From IMG/VR virus record IMGVR_UViG_3300045988_066341: a stretch of 64,000 bases of DNA. One strand, given 5' to 3'. The position numbers and the translations under genes are program-made. Below, piece after piece: positions 33,828-41,348 of the stretch. How positions within the stretch are numbered: the first letter of the stretch is position 1; each line of letters opens with the position of its first letter. The stretch is from a virus. The notes beneath the pieces were generated by a model. That model ran no database searches. It had not been told where the DNA came from and saw nothing but the letters and a program-made list of their open reading frames with translations.

Positions 33828-34066
33828 ACTAGTAACCTGTTAATATGTTCCTTTAACGATCTTATCTCATCCGGGCATAACCCGCAATCATTATCGCATA
33901 ATGACCTTTGCAGACGAATTATCTTCCCCCAATAAGATACATCGGGCTTGTCTCCGATCCTATACCTATGATACCTCATGTATCTACCCCATTGGCAAGA
34001 TAACCATTCATCTACAGCCTTACATAGATCTATTCTATCAAGGCTTGATATACTTTGTGCGCCCAT
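33824..34066 (-). CDS. hypothetical Cys-containing small protein, 80 aa
   Basis: ORF with a 4-nt overlap with the downstream gene. Confidence 0.4.
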   Translation of the reverse strand: MGAQSISSLDRIDLCKAVDEWLSCQWGRYMRYHRYRIGDKPDVSYWGKIIRLQRSLCDNDCGLCPDEIRSLKEHINRLLV

Positions 34067-34388
34067 CGAGTATCTCCTTTCTCATTTCCTGTACCTCCTC
34101 ATCAGGCGGGCATCCATATGGCAGGTTCTTGATCCACTCACGGATCTTCTTCTGCATGTTGAGATAGACGATACCCACGTCACCTATGGTACGGGTCTGT
34201 TTGTATATGCTCACCACGTCACGCTCCATGGTCTTCAACGGATCGAGCATGACCATACAACCGGCGGTGCTCCTAGAAGCGTATTCCATATCGCTAACAA
34301 CGGTAGAGGAAGCACGATTCATCATACTTCTCTCAATCCTTTCTCTCTCGGCCTTTAACGCCTTTTCCTTACAAGTATTACAACCCAC
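34038..34388 (-). CDS. hypothetical protein, 116 aa
   Basis: ORF only. Confidence 0.4.
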   Translation of the reverse strand: MGCNTCKEKALKAERERIERSMMNRASSTVVSDMEYASRSTAGCMVMLDPLKTMERDVVSIYKQTRTIGDVGIVYLNMQKKIREWIKNLPYGCPPDEEVQEMRKEILDGRTKYIKP

Positions 34389-34406
34389 GACTAAATATTT
34401 TTATGT

Positions 34407-35285
34407 TCAACAATCCACGCAATTAGTAGCCATCTCAAGAAGCTCTCCGACACGATCAATGATCTCATGAGCCGCCTCTATATTATCCAACCTGACGTTA
34501 GCTTCCGCTACAGTCATAAGCGTCTCCATCTCCTGTATCTTATTTATAAGATCCTTATCCTTATCCTCGCATAGGATATCAGTCTTAATCCATAGCCGAT
34601 CAAGACGTCTGCGTATAAGATCCGTCTTAAGATACTTGCGACTGAAGTTGTAAGTAGAGGGGCTACCTATGATCTTGATATCATATATACCATCAGGTAG
34701 ATCAAGATACTTGACATTACAATCATCGTAATTAAAGCAATTAAGGCCTAATGTTAGGCTAGTAAAGGTATTGACCTGATTCTTGCCAAGGAACAACGTA
34801 ACGGGGTCGGACATGCCCGGCGTAGTGATCTCGATAATCGCCTTCCTGTCCTCCAGTAGCCCCCACTCGGACTCATCCAATACCTGAAGCACCTTAGGAT
34901 CACGTGTCTCTAGTACCTGAAATGACAGCCGAATATCATTCATATTAACCTTCTTGTCGTACCGGCACAAGCTATCGTCATAACGAGCCTGCATATCAAG
35001 ATCCGGGACATCGGTATAATATGTCTTGACCTCATGCCCGTTGATAAATACCGATGTTATCTGGCAAACATGAGACCTAGCGACATCGAAAAACACCATC
35101 CTTACATTACCCTCATAATCAACGCCAGATGTCGGGTATGTTAGTATCTGGGTATTATACTCACCATCGTTACGTCTAGCCACGACAGTAATAACGATAG
35201 GTTTCTCTATATCGTAATCATCCATGATAATCCTTGCGGCAAACTTATCATGAATTATCTTCGGTATGATATTTATCTGGTTCAT
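34407..35285 (-). CDS. hypothetical protein, 292 aa
   Basis: ORF with a TATCTTTG box 17 nt upstream. Confidence 0.55.
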   Translation of the reverse strand: MNQINIIPKIIHDKFAARIIMDDYDIEKPIVITVVARRNDGEYNTQILTYPTSGVDYEGNVRMVFFDVARSHVCQITSVFINGHEVKTYYTDVPDLDMQARYDDSLCRYDKKVNMNDIRLSFQVLETRDPKVLQVLDESEWGLLEDRKAIIEITTPGMSDPVTLFLGKNQVNTFTSLTLGLNCFNYDDCNVKYLDLPDGIYDIKIIGSPSTYNFSRKYLKTDLIRRRLDRLWIKTDILCEDKDKDLINKIQEMETLMTVAEANVRLDNIEAAHEIIDRVGELLEMATNCVDC

Positions 35286-35301
35286 CTTAATATCTTTTTC
35301 A

Positions 35302-35309
35302 CAAAGATA
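35302..35309 (-). promoter_or_regulatory. -7 promoter box (TATCTTTG)
   Basis: 17 nt upstream of ATG 35285. Confidence 0.5.
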
Positions 35310-35336
35310 CTAATTTGAACAATATAACAAATGAAG

Positions 35337-35864
35337 CTATAAGATAAGAGCTGCAAGTAGATCTTCCTCACTAAGAAGAATACCTCCATTAATAGCCATA
35401 AACATGGCTAGATAAAGATAAAGAGACTTAAGATCATAGGTGAGCATCCTACTTCTAAGAGCCACAATAAACCTATTAAGATCGGTATTATCCCCAGCTA
35501 CCGACATGTAACTTTTAAAAAGAAAAGTATCGTATATAGGATCAGATATAGATAAACCAGCATTATTATAAGAGATATCACACTTCTCTACCCATAATCT
35601 AATACATTTAATAATCAAATCTTTTACAACCGACTTATTCAACATACATCCGAATCTTACCAAAGCCACGATGTCACCCCACTTCTGACCATAAACATCC
35701 CTTATTACATACATAGCTCCATTTAACGGGTCTTTTACGATAGACGATAAAATATTCTTGCATCCAATAGAATCGGATAGCTCTTGGATGTTAAACATAT
35801 CATTATCATGGTTAAAAACAATAGATATATCACCGCTTCTTATGACACTTAAGTTATCCATCAT
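35337..35864 (-). CDS. hypothetical protein, 175 aa
   Basis: ORF with a 4-nt overlap with the upstream gene. Confidence 0.45.
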   Translation of the reverse strand: MMDNLSVIRSGDISIVFNHDNDMFNIQELSDSIGCKNILSSIVKDPLNGAMYVIRDVYGQKWGDIVALVRFGCMLNKSVVKDLIIKCIRLWVEKCDISYNNAGLSISDPIYDTFLFKSYMSVAGDNTDLNRFIVALRSRMLTYDLKSLYLYLAMFMAINGGILLSEEDLLAALIL

Positions 35865-36811
35865 GAATCCTCCATAAAAGAGCAGACATCAAAATAATTA
35901 TCAAGAGAGCAGAGGTCAGGAACATATCCCTTCTTCCCGTTCTCTATATCAGAAGCAGCCCTATCAGCAAAAGCCCTTAGCTCCAATAAGCTTACACCTA
36001 AAAACTCTAATGCCGATTTCAAATACTTATACAAGGATGAGATCTTCATTTCTTTAAACCCCTCGCGAACTAGACGATCATTGAATTTCTTAAAAAGAAC
36101 CTTGTTATTTCTTCCATCAACCCTATTACCATCATTCTTAAGCCCACCATCAGACTTAACGATCTTCTTTATACTATTGACTGACTTCATATCAATAATA
36201 CTGACCATAATCATGACCTTATGATCTACAGCAGCCTTTCTAGCCTTGTTAGCTCTTTCCTTAGAACTAACAGAAGGAGTATCTTCATCACCTCCAATAT
36301 ATCTAAATTTAGCCTTGCTTACGAAACATGATGGATATATCTTACGCATATTCCATTTGTAGTTATAATCACCAATGGATCTCATAATTGAGAGTTCATT
36401 GTCAACAACCAACGAAACCATGCTATAAGCCTTCTCAAAACACTTAAAAGAACCTACATGCTCATAAATGAACCGGTATGTCATGCCTAGCTTAAAGTCA
36501 TTATCAGATATCCTGTTAAACGCAATAGCTCTATCAAAGTTGATGATAATAGCCATGATAATCTTAAGCCTAAAATAAGGAGGTATATAGATGTTGTTAG
36601 GATCAATATCCCTTGGATTAGCCGTGGTATAGTCAGCACCAGCGAAAGTATCTCTACGTTTCTTGAAATTACGTGGATATATAGGCTGACCTTTAGACAG
36701 CTTAATACAAGAGCGTCCCTCAGCTATCTGCTTCTTCTCAGCCTCAGTATATACAGGAAATTCTTTTATCATAGAAGAACATTTCCTCATGTAATTCAAG
36801 TCAAACTTCAT
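35861..36811 (-). CDS. hypothetical protein, 316 aa, first gene of the left-hand block
   Basis: ORF with a TATATTTG box 23 nt upstream. It is preceded by the 0.74-kb non-coding gap. Confidence 0.5.
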   Translation of the reverse strand: MKFDLNYMRKCSSMIKEFPVYTEAEKKQIAEGRSCIKLSKGQPIYPRNFKKRRDTFAGADYTTANPRDIDPNNIYIPPYFRLKIIMAIIINFDRAIAFNRISDNDFKLGMTYRFIYEHVGSFKCFEKAYSMVSLVVDNELSIMRSIGDYNYKWNMRKIYPSCFVSKAKFRYIGGDEDTPSVSSKERANKARKAAVDHKVMIMVSIIDMKSVNSIKKIVKSDGGLKNDGNRVDGRNNKVLFKKFNDRLVREGFKEMKISSLYKYLKSALEFLGVSLLELRAFADRAASDIENGKKGYVPDLCSLDNYFDVCSFMEDS

Positions 36812-36833
36812 ATCACCATTATCTTAAACACTT

Positions 36834-36841
36834 CAAATATA
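36834..36841 (-). promoter_or_regulatory. -7 promoter box (TATATTTG)
   Basis: 23 nt upstream of ATG 36811. Confidence 0.45.
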
Positions 36842-37240
36842 CGAAAAAGATATGATTCTTGGAAGTAAAAACTTAGCTAATTTTACTACATATCAATGAT
36901 ATTATATCAATAATACGGTAAGTGTCTGAAACACAGTTGTCCATTTTGTGACATGTGTATTAAGAAGCTTCGCTACCCTCTCTAAGAAAATCCATTATAA
37001 ACTATTCTTGCCTTTAATAACCGCTTATTGTTAATTAATAACTTGACTAATGAATTGATGTTAGCTAACGCATTTTATTATTCAAAGTATACGACTAAAA
37101 ATAATTAACTTAAAAACCAGTAGTATATCTGTAAATAAAGATCTTAATAATACCACCCAAAATACTTTATGTTTAAATTATCTACATATTTATCACATCT
37201 TCTTGTTCGATCTTATTCGCATAATTACTACCTATGTTAA

Positions 37241-37465
37241 ATGTTAATGAATTTATATACTTACTTCTTTTCTGCGCTAAAGCGTGAAGTGCCAAAGGAA
37301 ATCGGCAGGGTGGATCGTGAGTCGCTCCGCTCCTGGCCGGCCATGGAAGGCAACCACCAGCCCCACGCCATGACGCCGCCACCTTGTTCATTGGCTTCCA
37401 ACAAGAGTCACCTAAAAACAATACTTGTCTATACAATTATCTCTACGGTTCCAGAAGTTAAATAA
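37241..37465 (+). CDS. possible small ORF (74 aa) spanning the GC-rich island; could instead be a structured RNA
   Basis: In this frame 23 of 26 consecutive island codons (ATC..CCG) end in G or C, with GC3 > GC1 > GC2. I recognise no motif, and the start is uncertain. Confidence 0.25.
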   Translation: MLMNLYTYFFSALKREVPKEIGRVDRESLRSWPAMEGNHQPHAMTPPPCSLASNKSHLKTILVYTIISTVPEVK

Positions 37466-37538
37466 GAACTATTTGGCTTTAAGGAAAGTTATTAGTTAAA
37501 AAGATGGTCGATTAAGTCATCTGGTCAAATAAAATCCT

Positions 37539-37546
37539 TATATTTG
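37539..37546 (+). promoter_or_regulatory. -7 promoter box (TATATTTG) for the tRNA
   Basis: The plus-strand TAnnTTTG ends 6 nt before tRNA position 1, so the transcript would start at or next to the mature 5' end. Confidence 0.5.
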
Positions 37547-37552
37547 CGATAC

Positions 37553-37625
37553 GGTCGGTTGGATGAGTTGGTTTAGTCGGTGGTCTGCAAAACCATACAC
37601 CTCGGTTCGAATCCGGGACTGACCT
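37553..37625 (+). tRNA. tRNA-Cys (anticodon GCA), 73 nt, no encoded CCA
   Basis: Folded by hand. Acceptor stem GGTCGGT/ACTGACC has one G.U. The D-loop carries A14 and G18-G19. The anticodon stem GTGGT/ACCAT closes loop CTGCAAA. There is a 4-nt variable loop and T-arm CTCGG-TTCGAAT-CCGGG. Discriminator U73 fits Cys identity. Confidence 0.8.
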
Positions 37626-37657
37626 CGCATTTGCAATCCTTTCTGGGGTGATAACCC

Positions 37658-37695
37658 ACAGGTGTATAAGGCGCCTTGTACACCTGTTATTTTAT
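37658..37695. terminator. bidirectional terminator hairpin after the tRNA (+) and the spanin gene (-)
   Basis: ACAGGTGTA/TACACCTGT (9 bp) encloses the palindrome AAGGCGCCTT, followed by TATTTTAT on the plus strand. It overlaps stop 37687 of the minus-strand gene. Confidence 0.6.
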
Positions 37696-38199
37696 CAATC
37701 CTAATCTTTTCAATAATACGAACAATACAACTAGTATACCTAAGATCGAGATAAAGATAATAGCTGTAGGCCACTTTGACTCATCCTTATCATCCACATC
37801 CTTAGATTTGATATCTATCTTATTATCCATATTCTTTATATCATTCCTCGTCTTATCAATACCAAGGGAGTCGGCTGTCACGGTGCTATCACGCCGGCCA
37901 ATGACGATATGGGTATCTGTCTGCGAGGACACCGGTCGCTCCCCCGTGGCAGGATCAACATCCTTGTCCGTATCGAACTTCCTCTCCGTTATAATAATAT
38001 CGGCATTAAGGTCAGAGGTCTTTATCTCCACCATCTTGCGGTCTATAACTTCGTTTATCATCGTCTCTATCCTGCTTATCAGCCGGCTATCAATAGACGC
38101 CTCGCTAACCTGCCTCCTGCTTCCACAAGAGGACAGGAATAGTGACAGACCTAAACAAACAATCGCCCTAAGACTTATCCTTAACCTCATCATCGGCAA
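37687..38199 (-). CDS. unimolecular spanin-like lipoprotein
   Basis: N-terminal signal with lipobox LFLSSC, and a C-terminal TM helix WPTAIIFISILGILVVLFVLL. It is the last gene of the lysis cassette and overlaps the holin 3' end by 32 nt. Confidence 0.6.
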   Translation of the reverse strand: MPMMRLRISLRAIVCLGLSLFLSSCGSRRQVSEASIDSRLISRIETMINEVIDRKMVEIKTSDLNADIIITERKFDTDKDVDPATGERPVSSQTDTHIVIGRRDSTVTADSLGIDKTRNDIKNMDNKIDIKSKDVDDKDESKWPTAIIFISILGILVVLFVLLKRLGLIK

Positions 38200-38731
38200 T
38201 TTTCTTTATATCGTCAAACGTCTCATCAGGTATGTTCTTGGAAAAACTAAACATCTTGAATACGTTTATCCTCTTAAACACGGCCTTGAATACCTTCACC
38301 AAATAAGCGTCAGAGAAAGCATCCCCTATCGTATTCAAGAAAAGCATCACATATCCAACAAGGGCTATATACACCCCATATTTGGTAACGGTAAGTATCA
38401 TGCTAGCCTCCTCCTCGATCGGGTATAACGTCTTATATATAACACATAATGTCATTACTATAAAACAAGACAAAGCGAACTCCTTAAGAATATCAGTAAA
38501 CCTGACCTCCCTAAACCATCTCTTAAAACTAAACCTTCTTCTACGACTCCGTCGGAGCTTCCAGCCCCTTATGCTTTGCGCTAACCTAGCTAAAAAATTA
38601 GCTATTAATACTATAAGTAATACAATTAATAAATGGTGTACCGGCTGGAAATAAGCCCAACAAGAGGCACCATACGCAAGCGCAATATTCCACAAAGCCC
38701 CTACTCGCTCTATCATGTCTTTGTCTTTCAT
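38168..38731 (-). CDS. holin-like multi-pass membrane protein
   Basis: Start moved to ATG 38731 (MKDKDMIERVG...), 16 nt below a TAACTTTG box. It has several hydrophobic helices and sits between the endolysin and the spanin. Confidence 0.55.
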   Translation of the reverse strand: MKDKDMIERVGALWNIALAYGASCWAYFQPVHHLLIVLLIVLIANFLARLAQSIRGWKLRRSRRRRFSFKRWFREVRFTDILKEFALSCFIVMTLCVIYKTLYPIEEEASMILTVTKYGVYIALVGYVMLFLNTIGDAFSDAYLVKVFKAVFKRINVFKMFSFSKNIPDETFDDIKKIADDEVKDKS

Positions 38732-38746
38732 TTTATACCCTACTCG

Positions 38747-38754
38747 CAAAGTTA
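38747..38754 (-). promoter_or_regulatory. -7 promoter box (TAACTTTG)
   Basis: 16 nt upstream of ATG 38731. Confidence 0.4.
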
Positions 38755-38774
38755 ACTACTATACCATTAAGTAC

Positions 38775-39224
38775 CTAAAACACCACGGCGTGTATACCAT
38801 TCCTCGTATCAAGGCTGTCAAAATGCAACCAATTCACCTTCCCTTCAAGCCGGAAAGGATATGGCAACATATCTTGATGATCCAAAATCAAGCCTCTAGC
38901 CTGTTCCGCCGTCATTGACTTGACATCGAAATCCCCAGCCTTACCCAACACATGAGCGGATAGATAAACATCTTTCTTATCCTTGACTATCTGGCAGATG
39001 TTGCATCTAAGACCACGTTGGGAAAACTGCCCCTGCTTGTCCCAATTATTACAATACATAGGCTGTTTGATTATATCCCTCCGTAATATAAGAAGATTAT
39101 GGAGAAAAGCAGTATCAAGAAACTGCCACGATCTGTCCTTCCACTTATTGTATGTATGAGGACACACCAATTCCACTATATCAAAATACGAACCTAGTTC
39201 TTTTATAATATCATTTCTATTCAT
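38775..39224 (-). CDS. endolysin, peptidase M15 (VanY / D-Ala-D-Ala carboxypeptidase-like)
   Basis: SAHVLGKAGD matches S-x-H-x-x-G-x-A-x-D, with the second zinc ligand in NWLHFD. Start set at ATG 39224 (MNRNDIIKELG...), because the track's longer ORF overlaps the upstream gene. Confidence 0.8.
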   Translation of the reverse strand: MNRNDIIKELGSYFDIVELVCPHTYNKWKDRSWQFLDTAFLHNLLILRRDIIKQPMYCNNWDKQGQFSQRGLRCNICQIVKDKKDVYLSAHVLGKAGDFDVKSMTAEQARGLILDHQDMLPYPFRLEGKVNWLHFDSLDTRNGIHAVVF

Positions 39225-39228
39225 ATTA

Positions 39229-39912
39229 TCAATTTTTAAAGTAATGCAAAATAATAATACCACGATAACCTGATCCTCCTCGACCGCTCGTAGCTCCACT
39301 ATTAGACGCTTTAGAGGCTCCTCCTCCACCACCTCCATAATAAGTGGCATCATCTCCATTTTTGCCATTAATAGTAACACCCTTAATATCCTCGACCCCA
39401 GCTCCATCACCTCCTCCGTGATTTCCGCCTTTCCCTCCGGATAAAAAGCCCATATTCCATCCTCTTGTATAAGCTCCCGATCCACCACCAGCTCCCATAG
39501 GGTAAGGATAACGATCAGGATACTTATTATTAAAAACATATGATCCATCTTGCCCTGGATTTCCCGGGGAAGGATCATGACCATCCCCTTCAACTCCATA
39601 TCCGCCTCTTCCACCTTTACCGGCAATAGCCTGATATATACCGAATATACTATCACCACCTATATCTCCTACAACCACCCTATATGTAACACCTGGATTT
39701 ACGGGTATAGTCCCAGTTAGTACACCACCTCCGTTACCACCACTCCCGGCATTATATATATCGGAATATCCTCCATTAAGACCTCCGGCGACCAACGCGA
39801 ACTCAACCTCATAGACCCCATCAGGAACCGCCCAATATCCATTATCCTGAGGAGATAATTCCTCGAATACCTCTATTACCTTCCTTTTGGGTAACATCCT
39901 TCTTCTCATCAT
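39229..39912 (-). CDS. glycine-rich tail-associated protein, 227 aa
   Basis: Gly-rich blocks (SGGNGGG, GKGGRGGYG, GAGGGSGA, GGGGGGAS) end in GYRGIIILHY, like the glycine-rich domains of phage tail proteins. Confidence 0.5.
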   Translation of the reverse strand: MMRRRMLPKRKVIEVFEELSPQDNGYWAVPDGVYEVEFALVAGGLNGGYSDIYNAGSGGNGGGVLTGTIPVNPGVTYRVVVGDIGGDSIFGIYQAIAGKGGRGGYGVEGDGHDPSPGNPGQDGSYVFNNKYPDRYPYPMGAGGGSGAYTRGWNMGFLSGGKGGNHGGGDGAGVEDIKGVTINGKNGDDATYYGGGGGGASKASNSGATSGRGGSGYRGIIILHYFKN

Positions 39913-39930
39913 AAGGCAAATAGGATTTTA

Positions 39931-39939
39931 CCCCCCCCC
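39931..39939. repeat. C9 (G9 on the coding strand) homopolymer tract
   Basis: Nine consecutive C in the 59-nt gap, 19 nt upstream of ATG 39912. Confidence 0.9.
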
Positions 39940-39971
39940 AATTTAGTTTTAAAATACTGATATTCATAATA

Positions 39972-41348
39972 TTATTCTGGTTTAATCGTCCATCTCTGGG
40001 CGTAGTTATTTTTTAGCACATATATCTTCTCCATAGGTGTAGCGGGAGACCCGTTGGACGAGCCTTTCACGAATCCCTCTGGGGCCTGCTCCGTGCCGGA
40101 AGGACGCTGGTTTTCGGTTGGATAAGCAGCAACATACATGCTTACCGAAAGACTATAGAACTGGTTCCTCTTCCCATCCTTAGCCACGGATGTCATAGTA
40201 ATCTGATCCCATCCTACAACAAGGTCGTAGAAAGAGTTCACGAAATCATCTGATCTTTTTTGGCTATGAGTGGATGCATTCACGTTAAACCATGTAATAG
40301 CCCTCATCTCATAAATATAATCCGGAAGCTTGTCCATTCTAAGACTATTGCTATGAGCTGCAATGAAACTAGTAAGATGTTCCAATCCCCTTCCAGACAT
40401 ATTATCATCATTCCAATTCGTCCTCCTTTCTCCATTCACCCAGTCATCTAAAAAAGCAAATACCTCAATACTTGTATTTATCTTATCTACCTCAAAAGAA
40501 GGAATGATATTTATATCAAAATAATTCCACATATCAGAAGGACCGGGAGCTATATTCAACGAAGTTAATTTAGGAAGATCATTAAACTCCTTTATATACC
40601 TATCCAAATAGCATGAACTTAAATTAAGAGTCTCAATTTTCTTCATGTTTTTTATATTCCTTACGCCACTCGCTTCTATATCCCTAAGATCAAGCATATT
40701 AAACATATTTAAATAATATACCTCTGTCTTACTGGTTATAGCCTCAGGCATTACAGTCATTCTTTGCCCTACATTTTGAAGATCAATATAAGTTAGCTTT
40801 TTGGATCTTGACAACTTGTCTACAGGTATACCGTCATTAACATACAGCGTATGGGATACGACCAAAAATTCAAGACCTGGAATATCTACGATCAGGAAAG
40901 CCGTCATCTTACAAATTTGAATATTGGCATAATAAATATCACAAGTAAAATCTATCGACACAGCCCGTTGTACGTCCCTCCTTCCATCAGCGTAAAGATG
41001 ATTATCCACGGGTACGTATTGCGATCCATCCTCCTTCCTGAACCACCACGTAGTATTGGGATTTTTCCTGTGTTGTATTGCCAAAGAACGGAATATGATA
41101 CAATATTTATCCTGCCCTTGTACCTTGGTCATAGGAAACTGTTCCTTTATTCCATCCCCCCAATCCACATTAGCCATACCGGGCTTTCTGGATATAAACT
41201 CAACATACGTATTAAAAGGATTACCAACGACAGGATCGGGTACATAATTATAATCATCGGTATAATAATTTCTAAGTGCCCTATCCCATGTGGTGAACCA
41301 CACGAACTTGTTGGATGATGCCTCATATTTATATAATGTCTTAGCCAT
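39972..41348 (-). CDS. LRR-like tail fibre/receptor-binding paralog 3 (458 aa, lacks the C-terminal extension)
   Basis: Shares with the two upstream genes VDWGDG.KEQFP, RKNP...WW[FY][RY]K[ED]DGS[QE]Y[IV]PV, a central LxxLxL-type segment and RPSG..QAPEGF[VI]KG.SNG.P.TPME..YVL.NNY. Confidence 0.6.
   Translation of the reverse strand: MAKTLYKYEASSNKFVWFTTWDRALRNYYTDDYNYVPDPVVGNPFNTYVEFISRKPGMANVDWGDGIKEQFPMTKVQGQDKYCIIFRSLAIQHRKNPNTTWWFRKEDGSQYVPVDNHLYADGRRDVQRAVSIDFTCDIYYANIQICKMTAFLIVDIPGLEFLVVSHTLYVNDGIPVDKLSRSKKLTYIDLQNVGQRMTVMPEAITSKTEVYYLNMFNMLDLRDIEASGVRNIKNMKKIETLNLSSCYLDRYIKEFNDLPKLTSLNIAPGPSDMWNYFDINIIPSFEVDKINTSIEVFAFLDDWVNGERRTNWNDDNMSGRGLEHLTSFIAAHSNSLRMDKLPDYIYEMRAITWFNVNASTHSQKRSDDFVNSFYDLVVGWDQITMTSVAKDGKRNQFYSLSVSMYVAAYPTENQRPSGTEQAPEGFVKGSSNGSPATPMEKIYVLKNNYAQRWTIKPE

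Noticed and set aside
37290-37400. The GC-rich island as an SRP (4.5S) RNA or tRNA-like gene.
   Set aside because: There is only a loose resemblance (GGAAGGCAACC versus the GGAAGCAGCC region). I could not build the conserved helix-8 tetraloop structure or a cloverleaf.
37553-37625. A possible suppressor tRNA that decodes the in-frame TGA at 12068..12070.
   Set aside because: The hand fold gives anticodon loop CTGCAAA, so the anticodon is GCA (Cys), not TCA. It also has the Cys-type U73 discriminator. Near-cognate UGA reading by tRNA-Cys is conceivable but unsupported.
38775-39659. The 294-aa version of the endolysin ORF.
   Set aside because: Its first 145 codons overlap 39229..39912 in another frame and encode a low-complexity E/V/L-rich peptide. 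The M15 domain starts at ATG 39224, 5 nt after the upstream stop.
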